In this document: piece by piece, positions 1 to 9,467 of the stretch
Layout of the letters: the number at the start of each line of letters is the position of its first letter
Position numbering within the stretch: the first letter of the stretch is position 1
Assembly: GCA_938045295.1 (NCBI GenBank)
Contig: CALINO010000034.1
Coordinates: 5,334-69,333 of the forward strand
Source of the DNA: an uncultured Arenicella sp.
GTDB lineage: Bacteria > Pseudomonadota > Gammaproteobacteria > Arenicellales > Arenicellaceae
DNA length: 64,000 nt
Direction of reading: 5' to 3'
Notes under the pieces: model-generated
Told to the model about the DNA's origin: nothing
What the model saw: only the letters and a program-made list of their open reading frames with translations
Databases searched by the model: none
Translations under genes and position numbers: made by a program

Positions 1-57
1 GAGCGTTTCAATACTGAAGGCCGCCAAGCCGAGCTAACTTTGCGCTACACGTTCTAA
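1..57 (+). CDS. btuB: 3' end of a TonB-dependent outer-membrane receptor, probably BtuB (partial)
   Basis: Frame 1 reads ERFNTEGRQAELTLRYTF-stop. The alternating beta-strand ending in YTF is the usual outer-membrane beta-barrel C-terminus, and it lies directly upstream of a cobalamin cluster. Only 18 codons are visible. Confidence 0.65.
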   Translation, partial: ERFNTEGRQAELTLRYTF

Positions 58-81
58 GTATTAGCCTTTAACACTCGCACT

Positions 82-116
82 AAGGGCTCTTATTGGTCAC
101 AATAAGAGCCCTTTTT
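82..116 (+). terminator. Rho-independent terminator after the receptor gene
   Basis: Perfect 14-bp stem AAGGGCTCTTATTG-gtca-CAATAAGAGCCCTT running into a T tract. Confidence 0.8.
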
Positions 117-150
117 GGATTAGTTTAAGCACACGCACTATTAGCAAATC

Positions 151-768
151 ATGACTGACGACAATCTTACAGAACAACAAAAACTGCATAAGAAAAAAAT
201 GCAGAAACAAAAAGAAAAGGTAGATGCCTCAATCGCGGCCGCCAAAATCGAGCGTGGCGTGGCTATTTTGCTAACCGGCAATGGCAAAGGCAAAACCAGC
301 TCAGCCATGGGCATGGCATTACGAGCAATTGGTTACGGGCAAAAAGTGGGGATCATTCAATTTATCAAAGGCGCACAAAACAGCGGTGAAATTGATTACT
401 TAACCGAGCACTGCCCTAGTGTTGATATTAAACGCATGGGCACCGGTTTTACTTGGAATACTCAAGATAAAGAAGCCGACATAAAAGCGTCTGAAGACAC
501 ATGGGCTCACGCGGCTGCAATGCTGGCCGATGAACGTTATGACTTAGTTATTCTCGATGAACTAACCTATATGTTGGGTTACAAATATCTAGACAAAAGC
601 ACGGTTATTGAGGCCATAAAACAGCGCCCGCGCGAACAAAGCGTGGTGGTAACCGGCCGCGGCGGTGGCAGTGAACTGCGTGACGCCATGGACACAGTCT
701 CTGAAGTCAAAGACATCTTTCACGCTTACAAAAGCGGCATCAAAGCTCGTAAAGGCGTTGATTATTAG
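151..768 (+). CDS. cobO: Cob(I)alamin adenosyltransferase
   Basis: P-loop TGNGKGKTSSAMG, IQFIKG, LVILDELTY, VTGR and C-terminal ARKGVDY match the CobO/BtuR family. Confidence 0.95.
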   Translation: MTDDNLTEQQKLHKKKMQKQKEKVDASIAAAKIERGVAILLTGNGKGKTSSAMGMALRAIGYGQKVGIIQFIKGAQNSGEIDYLTEHCPSVDIKRMGTGFTWNTQDKEADIKASEDTWAHAAAMLADERYDLVILDELTYMLGYKYLDKSTVIEAIKQRPREQSVVVTGRGGGSELRDAMDTVSEVKDIFHAYKSGIKARKGVDY

Positions 769-784
769 CGAAGTGTAAATAGAC

Positions 785-2434
785 GTGCAAAAAACACCCC
801 ACCCAACTGACACCTCAGACAGCGCCGGCATGGCACTGAAAGACATCAGTGCGTTTAAAGCCAGCAACACCGTGATGGTTCAAGGCTGCACCTCAGACGC
901 CGGTAAAAGTGTGATGGTGGCCGGTTTATGCCGCCTGTTAGCACGCCAGCAACACAAAGTTGCCCCGTTTAAGCCACAAAACATGGCATTAAACAGCGCG
1001 GTTACGCCCGATGGCGGTGAAATTGGCCGCGCACAGGCATTGCAAGCCATTGCCGCAGGGGTGGAGCTGAGCACCGACTTTAACCCAATTTTACTAAAGC
1101 CTTCGAGCGACAAAAGCTCGCAAGTCATTATTCACGGCAAAGCCCTGGATACCATGAATGCGGTGACCTATCACGATTATAAAAAAGTGGCGATGCAAGC
1201 GGTGCTAAGTTCGCACACACGGTTACGCTCACAGTACGATAAAATTGTGGTTGAAGGCGCCGGCAGCCCAGCCGAAATCAATTTGCGCAAAGGCGACGTG
1301 GCCAACATGGGCTTTGCCGAAGCCGTAGATTGCCCAGTGGTGTTAATTGCCGATATTGACCGTGGTGGCGTTTTTGCGCACTTGGTTGGCACATTGGAGC
1401 TGTTATCACAAAGCGAACAAGATCGTGTGGTGGGCTTTATTATCAACCGATTTCGAGGCGACATTAAGCTGCTTGAACCGGGTTTAGAGTGGTTAGAAAA
1501 ACGCACTAATAAGCCCGTATTAGGTGTTATTCCGTATCTTAAAAACCTATTTTTAGACGCCGAAGACGCGATTAACATTGAGCAAGAGTATTCGCCATCG
1601 GCACTGACCGTGGTGGTGCCCGTATTACCTCGAATCAGTAACCATACCGACTTTGATGCCTTGCGTTTACACCCAGAGATTAATCTCAAATTTGTGAGCG
1701 TTGAAGAAGCCGACAGAACGGGCGACTTAATCATATTGCCGGGTTCTAAAAACGTGATTCATGATTTAAACACTCTGATGCTTAATGGCTGGCATCGCAC
1801 CCTCAACAAGCACATTCGCTACGGCGGCAAAGTGCTGGGTATTTGCGGTGGCTACCAAATGCTGGGGCAAAGCATTAGCGACCCAACAGGCATTGAAAAT
1901 AACGGCAAAGCGCAGCACTGCGATGGCTTTGGGTTGATTGATATTACAACCGAGCTGCAAGCATCTAAAGAATTGCGTAACGTGAGCGCGGTGTTTGAAC
2001 ATAACGACTTTAAATCAGCGCCCAATTCAACCTCTAACCCAATTACTATCAGCGGTTATGAAATACACTGCGGGCAAAGCACCTTAGGCTCGCAAGCAAT
2101 ACCGTTATTGCGTTTGAATAATGGCAATATCGACGGTTGCCTAAGCGATGATGGCCAAGTCATGGGCACCTATTTGCACGGCTTATTCGACACCCCGGCT
2201 GCCTGCAATGAGCTATTGCGTTGGGCTGGCGTAAGCAATGAGAGCGCCATTAGCTTAGAAGACGTGCGTGAACAACAAATCGAACGCTTGGCTGATTGTT
2301 TGGAACAGCATTTGCGGCCAGATTTTTTAGCGCAATTATCACAGCCATCACAGCTATCGCATTTATCTAAGACGAACGCTGACCCAACAGCGCCTTCAGC
2401 CACGGCCACTTTGCACAAAAAAGAGGCGACGTAA
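785..2434 (+). CDS. cobQ: Cobyric acid synthase
   Basis: [44 protein letters not shown], glutaminase [10 protein letters not shown] and GTYLHGLFD. The true start may be the ATG near 830. Confidence 0.95.
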   Translation: MQKTPHPTDTSDSAGMALKDISAFKASNTVMVQGCTSDAGKSVMVAGLCRLLARQQHKVAPFKPQNMALNSAVTPDGGEIGRAQALQAIAAGVELSTDFNPILLKPSSDKSSQVIIHGKALDTMNAVTYHDYKKVAMQAVLSSHTRLRSQYDKIVVEGAGSPAEINLRKGDVANMGFAEAVDCPVVLIADIDRGGVFAHLVGTLELLSQSEQDRVVGFIINRFRGDIKLLEPGLEWLEKRTNKPVLGVIPYLKNLFLDAEDAINIEQEYSPSALTVVVPVLPRISNHTDFDALRLHPEINLKFVSVEEADRTGDLIILPGSKNVIHDLNTLMLNGWHRTLNKHIRYGGKVLGICGGYQMLGQSISDPTGIENNGKAQHCDGFGLIDITTELQASKELRNVSAVFEHNDFKSAPNSTSNPITISGYEIHCGQSTLGSQAIPLLRLNNGNIDGCLSDDGQVMGTYLHGLFDTPAACNELLRWAGVSNESAISLEDVREQQIERLADCLEQHLRPDFLAQLSQPSQLSHLSKTNADPTAPSATATLHKKEAT

Positions 2435-2436
2435 CG

Positions 2437-3471
2437 GTGCTTGTTAGTAAAAAAAACATCGTCTGCCTAAGTTTGATTGCGCTGTTGCCGATCAGCTTAT
2501 TGTTAGCAATATCGTTGGGCACCATCAATATTTCCTTTGCAGAAGTAATGACCATCTTGCTGGGTTTAAACAGCGAGAGTGCTAACGCCACACACACCTT
2601 AGTGGTTGAAAAGATTCGCCTGCCAAGGGCCCTGCTGGCCGCCTTAGTTGGCGCTCTGCTGGCTATTTGTGGCGCGGCCACTCAAGGGTTGTTTCGCAAC
2701 CCCTTGGCCGACCCGTCGCTGATTGGCGTTACCGCCGGCGCTTCTGCTGGGGCATCGTTAACCATTTTCAGCCTAAGTTCTCTCACCGCCTCCACCAACA
2801 TCAGCGGTTTGTGGTTGGTCTCTTTAGGAGCGTTTATCGGCGGTGCTGTTGCCGTTATTGGGGTTTATCGCTTGGCCACCACTAAAAATGGCACCTCGGT
2901 GGCCACCATGCTGCTGGCGGGAATCGCCATTACCGCTGTGGCCGGCGGTTTAAACAGTTTGATTGAATTTTTCGCTGACAACGAAGCATTGCGCCGCATC
3001 AGCCTATGGAAAATGGGCGGGCTTGATGGCGCTGACACTCAACGTACGGCCACCGCAGCCTTAGTGGCGTTGATTGTCATTGCCATACTTCCACGATACG
3101 CAACTGCGTTAAATGCCCTACTGTTAGGCGAATCAGAAGCCCGACATTTGGGCATTTCAGTGCAAAAAACCAAATTGCACTTAATTCTGTTAGTCGCACT
3201 GGCGGTTGGCGTGTCGGTGGCACTGGCTGGCACCATCGCCTTCGTTGGTTTAGTGGTGCCACACATGATTCGCTTACTGATCGGCCCCAACCACCGCTAT
3301 TTATTGCCACTTTCGGCCTTAGGTGGCGCCAGTTTGTTGTTACTGGCCGACACCCTAGCGCGCACGATTGTCGCCCCCATTGAGCTGCCTGTGGGCTTGG
3401 TTACGGCATTACTCGGTGCCCCGTTCTTTATTTCATTATTACGTCAGCGTGGCAATTATGGAATTAAATAG
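2437..3471 (+). CDS. btuC: FecCD/BtuC-family ABC permease, probably corrinoid uptake
   Basis: IRLPRALLA, QGLFRNPLADP, LLLGESEARHLG and IAFVGLVVPH motifs. Substrate is inferred from the cobalamin context. Confidence 0.8.
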   Translation: MLVSKKNIVCLSLIALLPISLLLAISLGTINISFAEVMTILLGLNSESANATHTLVVEKIRLPRALLAALVGALLAICGAATQGLFRNPLADPSLIGVTAGASAGASLTIFSLSSLTASTNISGLWLVSLGAFIGGAVAVIGVYRLATTKNGTSVATMLLAGIAITAVAGGLNSLIEFFADNEALRRISLWKMGGLDGADTQRTATAALVALIVIAILPRYATALNALLLGESEARHLGISVQKTKLHLILLVALAVGVSVALAGTIAFVGLVVPHMIRLLIGPNHRYLLPLSALGGASLLLLADTLARTIVAPIELPVGLVTALLGAPFFISLLRQRGNYGIK

Positions 3472-3510
3472 AGCGCCACTAAAAATCACAGAATTTAGCA
3501 GAGGTTATTG

Positions 3511-4296
3511 ATGCAAGTCATTGAATTAAAAAACCTCTGCGTATCAATCAAGTCTCAATCTGGGGCACTGAAAGATTTGGTGAGTAATGCCTCGTTCAGC
3601 TTAAACAGTGGCGAAGTGTTGGCAATCATTGGGCCTAATGGCGCAGGCAAGTCATCATTATTGAAAGCCATTGATGGTCAGTTAACACACAGCGGCACCT
3701 TAAGCATGCCAGACATAGCCCAGCACCCTCAGGCTCGTGCGAAACAACTGGCCATATTGCCACAGCAAAGTGTGTTGAATTTTCCGTTTACCGTATCAGA
3801 GGTGGTTGAACTGGGGCGTATTCCACACGCCACGGGCAAGCAAGCGGACATTGAGATAGTGCAAGAAGCGCTAAAACTCATGGACCTTACTCATTTATCG
3901 CACCGCATATACACCGAGTTATCGGGCGGCGAACAGCAGCGTACCCAACTAGCCAGAGTGTTTTGCCAAATTTGGCATGCCCCCGAGGGCGACGCTCCCC
4001 GGCTATTATTGCTGGATGAGCCCACAACTTCACTGGATTTAGGCCACCAACACTTTCTTATGCAAAGCATACAAGCGTTTGCGGCACGAGGCGTTGCCGT
4101 CATTATGGTGTTGCACAACATCAATTTAGCGGCACGTTACGCGGGGCGTTTGCTTGCCATGCTTGATAGCCAAACCATTGCCTACGGCACGCCTGATGAG
4201 GTGGTTAATCAATCGAATATGGAACAATTATTCGGCTTGCCGGTTGAAATTTTGCGCAGCGCGCAAAGCGGCAGCCCTGTGGTGGTTGGTGTTTAA
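3511..4296 (+). CDS. btuD: ABC ATPase of the BtuD/HmuV family
   Basis: Walker A GPNGAGKS, LSGGEQQR, LLLDEPT. A GAGG RBS precedes the ATG at 3511. Substrate is inferred from context. Confidence 0.75.
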   Translation: MQVIELKNLCVSIKSQSGALKDLVSNASFSLNSGEVLAIIGPNGAGKSSLLKAIDGQLTHSGTLSMPDIAQHPQARAKQLAILPQQSVLNFPFTVSEVVELGRIPHATGKQADIEIVQEALKLMDLTHLSHRIYTELSGGEQQRTQLARVFCQIWHAPEGDAPRLLLLDEPTTSLDLGHQHFLMQSIQAFAARGVAVIMVLHNINLAARYAGRLLAMLDSQTIAYGTPDEVVNQSNMEQLFGLPVEILRSAQSGSPVVVGV

Positions 4297-4344
4297 GTGC
4301 GCTGTAAGCTAAATTAATGCCGATTTAAAAAGTACAACTCAATC

Positions 4345-4875
4345 ATGACTCACACAGCGATTAAACATCTTATTTTGGGCGGTGCGCGCAGCGGCAAAAG
4401 TGCTTACGCTGAAAAGTTGGCCACGCAACTGGCCAAGCAACGCCAACAACCGTTGCTTTATATTGCCACCGCCCAAGCGGGTGACCGCGAAATGGCCGCT
4501 CGTATTGCCAAACACCAGCAAGACCGGCACTCAGAGTGGCAATTAATTGAAGAGCCCAAAGATTTACCCAATGCCCTTAACTCCATAACGCAAGAGTCGG
4601 TGGTTTTAATTGATTGCTTAACCTTATGGTTAAATAACTGCTTGTACGTTGAAAACGCAGATTGGCAACAAGATAAAACGCGTTTCTTAAGCGCCTTAGC
4701 GGCATCACCGCACACTGTTTTTATGGTTAGCAATGAAATTGGCCTGGGTGTAATACCCATGGGTCAACTAACACGCGAATACGTAGACCAACTAGGTTGG
4801 CTACATCAAGATTTAGCCCAACTGTGTGACAACGTAACGCTCACGGTTGCGGGTTTACCACACACACTCAAATAA
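4345..4875 (+). CDS. cobU: Bifunctional adenosylcobinamide kinase / cobinamide-phosphate guanylyltransferase
   Basis: ILGGARSGKSAYAE, YIATA, RIAKHQQDR, IDCLTLWL, VSNEIGLG. Confidence 0.95.
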   Translation: MTHTAIKHLILGGARSGKSAYAEKLATQLAKQRQQPLLYIATAQAGDREMAARIAKHQQDRHSEWQLIEEPKDLPNALNSITQESVVLIDCLTLWLNNCLYVENADWQQDKTRFLSALAASPHTVFMVSNEIGLGVIPMGQLTREYVDQLGWLHQDLAQLCDNVTLTVAGLPHTLK

Positions 4876-4893
4876 GCCATTTTGGATTTTAAT

Positions 4894-5934
4894 ATGTCAA
4901 TTGATTGGATCACTCAGCCCTGCCCTCAACCCAATGCGGCGGCGCGTAATGCGGCGCTTGAACGGCAGTCTATTCTTACCAAGCCCGCCGGGTCACTGGG
5001 TAAGCTAGAACAAATAGCCGTTGACTTTGCCGCTTGGCAATCAAACCCTATTCCAACATTAAGCGATATTTCGATTCGGATTTTTGCGGCCGATCACGGC
5101 GTGTGCGCTAATAACGTTTCAGCTTTTCCTCAAGAAGTAACGGCGCAAATGGTGTTGAATTTTCTCAGCGGTGGCGCAGCCATTAGCGTATTAGCTCAAG
5201 AACTAGCGGCTGATTTTAAAGTGGTCAACCTAGGCACCGTTACCCCGTTAGACGACGCGCCCAAATTAGTGAACACCCCGATTGCCGCACAAAGCGCCGA
5301 TTTATCACGCCAAGCGGCACTGACAGAGCCACAATTAGCTGCCGCGCTTAATATTGGCCAACAGCAAGCTAACCCTGCAACGCTGTTCATTGGTGGCGAA
5401 ATGGGCATTGGCAATACCACGCCGGCTTCGGCTATTTACGCCGCATTATTAGATCTACCAGCGCAGAAAACCGTTGGCCCGGGCACTGGCATCGATCAAT
5501 CAGGGCAAGACCATAAGGCACACATTATTAACCAAGCCTTATCGTTGCATGCAAAAGAACTGAATACTCCGCTGGCAGTATTAAAGCACCTTGGCGGCTT
5601 TGAAATAGCGGCCTTAACCGGTGCGTACATCAGCGCAGCGCAAAAACAAACCCCCATATTGGTGGATGGCTTCATTTGCACCGCAGCGGCACTACTGGCA
5701 ACGCGCATTAACCCCAGTTGTCGTGACTGGATGTTGTTTTCGCACGCATCGGCTGAACCCGCACACCAATTAGCATTAGAATCATTGAAAGCCGACGCTA
5801 TTTTAGATTTGGGCATGCGCTTAGGCGAAGGCAGCGGTGCCGCCGTGTGCGTACCCATCTTGAAAAACGCCTTGCTGTTACACGCGAATATGGCCACGTT
5901 TAACGATGCTGGAGTGAGCAGTAGTGATGATTAG
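4894..5934 (+). CDS. cobT: Nicotinate-nucleotide:dimethylbenzimidazole phosphoribosyltransferase
   Basis: LTKPAGSLGKLE, FAADHGV, GEMGIGNTT, GGFEIAAL, LDLGMRLGEGSG. ATG at 4894 preferred over TTG at 4882. Confidence 0.95.
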   Translation: MSIDWITQPCPQPNAAARNAALERQSILTKPAGSLGKLEQIAVDFAAWQSNPIPTLSDISIRIFAADHGVCANNVSAFPQEVTAQMVLNFLSGGAAISVLAQELAADFKVVNLGTVTPLDDAPKLVNTPIAAQSADLSRQAALTEPQLAAALNIGQQQANPATLFIGGEMGIGNTTPASAIYAALLDLPAQKTVGPGTGIDQSGQDHKAHIINQALSLHAKELNTPLAVLKHLGGFEIAALTGAYISAAQKQTPILVDGFICTAAALLATRINPSCRDWMLFSHASAEPAHQLALESLKADAILDLGMRLGEGSGAAVCVPILKNALLLHANMATFNDAGVSSSDD

Positions 5935-6952
5935 TCAATTCGCTAAAAAGCGCAATGCAGCCCCGCTGATGCCTGTGCGTAAAAAGCTTAGCACGCGCAC
6001 TATTTACCTGTTGCTGTGCTTGTCTTTATTTGCCTGTGGCCAACAAAGTGGCCAACAGACTAATAAACAAAGTGAGCAAGAGAGAAAACCACAAATTGAG
6101 CAACAGGCTGATACCCAAATTACCCTGACTGATTTTGCTGGTAATACCGTTACTCTCGAACAACCGGCAAAACGCATTGTGGCGCTAGCTCCGCACATAG
6201 TGGAAAACCTATACACCATTGGCGCTGGCGATAAAATTGTTGGCGTGGTGACGCACAGCGACTTTCCCGAAGAAGCGGCTGAGCTCCCAATTGTTGGCGG
6301 TTATGAGCAAACCAATTTTGAACGTATTGTGCAGCTAAAACCCGATTTAATCGTTGCTTGGGAGTCAGGCAACACATTAAGCAGCATAGCCAAATTAAGA
6401 GAATTAGGGTTTAAGGTGTTAATTGACCAACCCAACGGTTTAGACGATGTGGCAAAAAGTTTAACCATGCTGGCCAAAGCCACTGGGCACAATGAGCAAG
6501 GTAATAAGGCGGCGAGTGATTTTCTGAGTAAAGTTAATAAAGCACGCAACGACAATGCCAACAAACGAGACGTGCCTATCTTTTATCAAGTGTGGAATGA
6601 GCCACTGATATCGATCAATGGTAACCACATTATTTCTGACGCAATCAGAGCCTGTGGCGGCGTGAACATACTGGCCGATGAGCCGGCAGTCGCGCCAAGG
6701 GTGAACGTTGAATCCATTATTAAGCTAGACCCAGAAGCCATTATTGCCAGTGGCATGGGCGAAGCCCGCCCTGAATGGTTAGATACATGGCGGCAATGGC
6801 CGAATTTGACCTCAGTAAAAAGAGACAATCTGTTTTACGTTAACCCAGATCACTTGCAACGGCACACAGTAAGGCTGTTACTGGCCATTGATACCGTTTG
6901 TTCGCAATTAGACCAAGTTAGGGCAAAGCAAGCCACGCCAGGTGAACGTTAG
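5924..6952 (+). CDS. btuF: Cobalamin-binding periplasmic protein (BtuF-like) with a lipoprotein signal
   Basis: RIVALAPHIVENLY, VGGYEQTNFERIVQLKPDLIVAW, GGVNI and PDHLQR match the TroA/BtuF fold. Lipobox LFAC. The start may be the ATG at 5969. Confidence 0.8.
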   Translation: MMISQFAKKRNAAPLMPVRKKLSTRTIYLLLCLSLFACGQQSGQQTNKQSEQERKPQIEQQADTQITLTDFAGNTVTLEQPAKRIVALAPHIVENLYTIGAGDKIVGVVTHSDFPEEAAELPIVGGYEQTNFERIVQLKPDLIVAWESGNTLSSIAKLRELGFKVLIDQPNGLDDVAKSLTMLAKATGHNEQGNKAASDFLSKVNKARNDNANKRDVPIFYQVWNEPLISINGNHIISDAIRACGGVNILADEPAVAPRVNVESIIKLDPEAIIASGMGEARPEWLDTWRQWPNLTSVKRDNLFYVNPDHLQRHTVRLLLAIDTVCSQLDQVRAKQATPGER

Positions 6953-6954
6953 CC

Positions 6955-7743
6955 ATGAACAAGTGGAACCTTGAACACGAACGAAGCTTATTGCTCAATG
7001 CGTTGATGTTTTATACGCGCATTCGGGTACCCAAAGACACCCCCTACTCGCCTGAATTACTTAATCAGTCGCGCAAATACTTCACCACCATTGGCCTGAT
7101 CGTTGGCGGCATTTGTGCCATCACGTATTTATTGGCCGCCACAATATTACCGCTTAACGTGGCGGTACTTCTAAGCATAATTGTGTCGATCTTAACCACC
7201 GGCGCCTTTCACGAAGACGGCTTTGCCGACACCTGCGATGCGCTTGGCGGGGGCTGGCAAGCAGAGCAAGTGCTTACCATCATGAAAGACAGCCGCATTG
7301 GCACTTACGGTACGGTGGGCTTGGTTTTAATGGTGGGGTTAAAATTTTTATTGCTGTGCCATATTGCCGCCTTGGGTGATTGGGCTTTTTGCTTATGCGT
7401 GATTGCCGCGCACACCATTAGCCGCCAACATTCATCGCGCTTAATTAAACACTTCAATTACGTGCAAGACATTGATAAAAGCAAAGTAAAACCCATTGCC
7501 GCCGCACCGTTAAGCAAGCGCGCCGAAGAGTTCAGCTGGTTTATTACCTTGTTAAGCGCTATTGCATTGGCGTTTTATGCGCCTTGGGCAGCGCTGGTGG
7601 GCATGATCGTCAGTTATTGGTTGTCTACGCGCTTTATGCGCTATTGTGAGCGACGCGTAGGCGGCTATACCGGCGATATTCTTGGCGCCATTCAACAACT
7701 GGGCGAAGTCAGTTTTTTATTAGCATGCGTGGCATTAATTTAA
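6955..7743 (+). CDS. cobS: Adenosylcobinamide-GDP ribazoletransferase (cobalamin synthase)
   Basis: FYTRI, TGAFHEDGFADTCD, IMKDSRIGTYG, GGYTGDILGA; multiple transmembrane segments. Confidence 0.95.
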   Translation: MNKWNLEHERSLLLNALMFYTRIRVPKDTPYSPELLNQSRKYFTTIGLIVGGICAITYLLAATILPLNVAVLLSIIVSILTTGAFHEDGFADTCDALGGGWQAEQVLTIMKDSRIGTYGTVGLVLMVGLKFLLLCHIAALGDWAFCLCVIAAHTISRQHSSRLIKHFNYVQDIDKSKVKPIAAAPLSKRAEEFSWFITLLSAIALAFYAPWAALVGMIVSYWLSTRFMRYCERRVGGYTGDILGAIQQLGEVSFLLACVALI

Positions 7744-7787
7744 CTTTTTCTGTTTTCTGCACCCTATTTTCTAACTTTTAAGCAGCC

Positions 7788-8399
7788 ATGATTATTGACC
7801 TGATTCGACATACGACTCCCGATGTACCCAGCGGCACTTGTTATGGGCAAAGCGATTTAACTCTGGAGTCGTCTTACCCTGATGAATTTGAAAAAATCTA
7901 TAAGAAAATAGCGCCACACGGCCAAGAAGAACCGTATGACCTGCTCATTACCAGCCCATTGAAGCGGTGCAAACAATTGGCCGACACCTTAAATGCAAAA
8001 CATCGGCGAACCGATGAACGCATTAAGGAGTATGACTTCGGCGATTGGGAGTTATTACCGTGGTCTGAAATAAAAGGCAAACAAAGCGAAACTTGGATGA
8101 AAAACTTTGTAGACCAGCCAGCCCCTAATGGCGAGTCTATGTTAATCATGCAGCAACGCGTCATGCACTTTTGGCAAGAATTAATCGAAGAACTTGCTGA
8201 TACAACCCAATCAAGCAACGTACAAAAGCCACCTAAGTCCATTGCTATTGTTAGCCATTCTGGGGTGCAGCGCTTATTGCATGCCGACATTCTTAAAACG
8301 CCTTTGGAGTACATGTTTCGCCTGCAACTTGATTTTGGCGCGGTGATTCGATTGAAGCATGATGTAAAAAATGAACTGACCACCATTCATCATTTGTAA
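7788..8399 (+). CDS. cobC: Alpha-ribazole phosphatase (histidine phosphatase family)
   Basis: LIRHT, CYGQSD, TSPLKRC, EYDFGDWE, PNGES, SHSGV; follows cobS. Confidence 0.85.
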   Translation: MIIDLIRHTTPDVPSGTCYGQSDLTLESSYPDEFEKIYKKIAPHGQEEPYDLLITSPLKRCKQLADTLNAKHRRTDERIKEYDFGDWELLPWSEIKGKQSETWMKNFVDQPAPNGESMLIMQQRVMHFWQELIEELADTTQSSNVQKPPKSIAIVSHSGVQRLLHADILKTPLEYMFRLQLDFGAVIRLKHDVKNELTTIHHL

Positions 8400-8662
8400 G
8401 TCAAAGCCAACTCGAGCGGTCATCATGATTATGAGTATTAACAGTCACATACGTGGCTCAATGCTCAAAAAGTTCTTAAATTAGCCAAAAACTTAGGCAC
8501 CGACAATAATTGTCACCCTTGTCTGAAATTTAGGAACTTTAAACTGACGGAAAAATCAGTTATAAATAACAAGTTGCACAGTTTGTAACAAAATCTAATC
8601 TAACCATTTACCTGCTCTAAGCGGTACTCCGCTCAACAGGCAGCACTAAAAATAACACTAAT

Positions 8663-9322
8663 ATGCTGGATAAAGGTTTATTGCCTACCTCGCCTTGTTA
8701 CCCCATACGCAAGGTTTGTTTTTCACCTATTAAACATTGGCTAGCCATTGCGCTGTTTATGTTGACGCTGATTGGGTGCAGCACCACTCCGGAGCAAGTG
8801 ACTCAAAGTGAGCCAGTAGTTCGTAAAACAACACCGTCATTAAGCGCAGAACCGATTGTTGATATTGACCAAAAAGACGTGATTTTTGCGCAGTCGGCAT
8901 TGAAAGCAATTGGCTATAACATTGGCACTGTCGACGGTTTATGGGGGCCGCGATCAGCGAAGGCAATCAGAGAGTTTGAATCCAGTCAGAATATAAAAAG
9001 CGCCGACGGTTTTTTATCTCAACTTAATTTAAATCGATTAGCCTCAGTCAGCAATCTAGACCCAGCAACCATCAGTGCTGAGTCAATACAAAGGCCAAAA
9101 ATTCAAACCATCAGCAGCAAACTGATTGAGAAACCCCTGTCTATAGGGCCTCAGTTAATCATTGTTGAACAAGACTATGAGGTTTTCACCACACCCAATC
9201 CGTTTTCTGAAAAGGCCTACAATTTAACCGCCGGCACTGGCATTTATGTTCTAGAAGAAAACGCCGGCTGGTACAAAGTAGAACTGATTAACCGCAAACA
9301 AGGTTTTATCCAAGTTGACTGA
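8663..9322 (+). CDS. Lipoprotein with a peptidoglycan-binding domain and a C-terminal SH3-like domain
   Basis: Lipobox LIGC. AQSALKAIGYNIGTVDGLWGPRSAKAIREFE matches PG_binding_1. The C-terminal IYVLEENAGWYKVE...GFI resembles a bacterial SH3. Start uncertain. Confidence 0.7.
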   Translation: MLDKGLLPTSPCYPIRKVCFSPIKHWLAIALFMLTLIGCSTTPEQVTQSEPVVRKTTPSLSAEPIVDIDQKDVIFAQSALKAIGYNIGTVDGLWGPRSAKAIREFESSQNIKSADGFLSQLNLNRLASVSNLDPATISAESIQRPKIQTISSKLIEKPLSIGPQLIIVEQDYEVFTTPNPFSEKAYNLTAGTGIYVLEENAGWYKVELINRKQGFIQVD

Positions 9323-9331
9323 GCCTTGCTT

Positions 9332-9385
9332 AGCTAAAGGCACAGTTAAAGACACAGCTAAAGGCACAGCTAAAGGCACAGTTAA
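9332..9385 (+). repeat. 12-bp tandem repeat, about 4.5 copies
   Basis: AGCTAAAGGCAC AGTTAAAGACAC AGCTAAAGGCAC AGCTAAAGGCAC AGTTAA, read directly. Confidence 0.9.
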
Positions 9386-9467
9386 TTGTTGCATAGCGGG
9401 TTACATCAACGGCAGTTATGTTATATTTATTAGCCTTATTGCCAAGAAGTGTGTTTAGTAAAGTTTA

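Noticed and set aside
1-150. Cobalamin riboswitch
   Set aside because: No B12-box-like sequence was recognised; it would be expected upstream of btuB, outside the window.
2449-2456. A8 tract at the 5' end of btuC as a phase-variation site
   Set aside because: A short run encoding ordinary N-terminal Lys-Lys-Asn; the frame is intact.
8421-8439. Fur-box-like sequence CATCATGATTATGAGTATT
   Set aside because: Only 13 of 19 matches in an AT-rich spacer, over 220 bp from the next start; too weak without a PWM.
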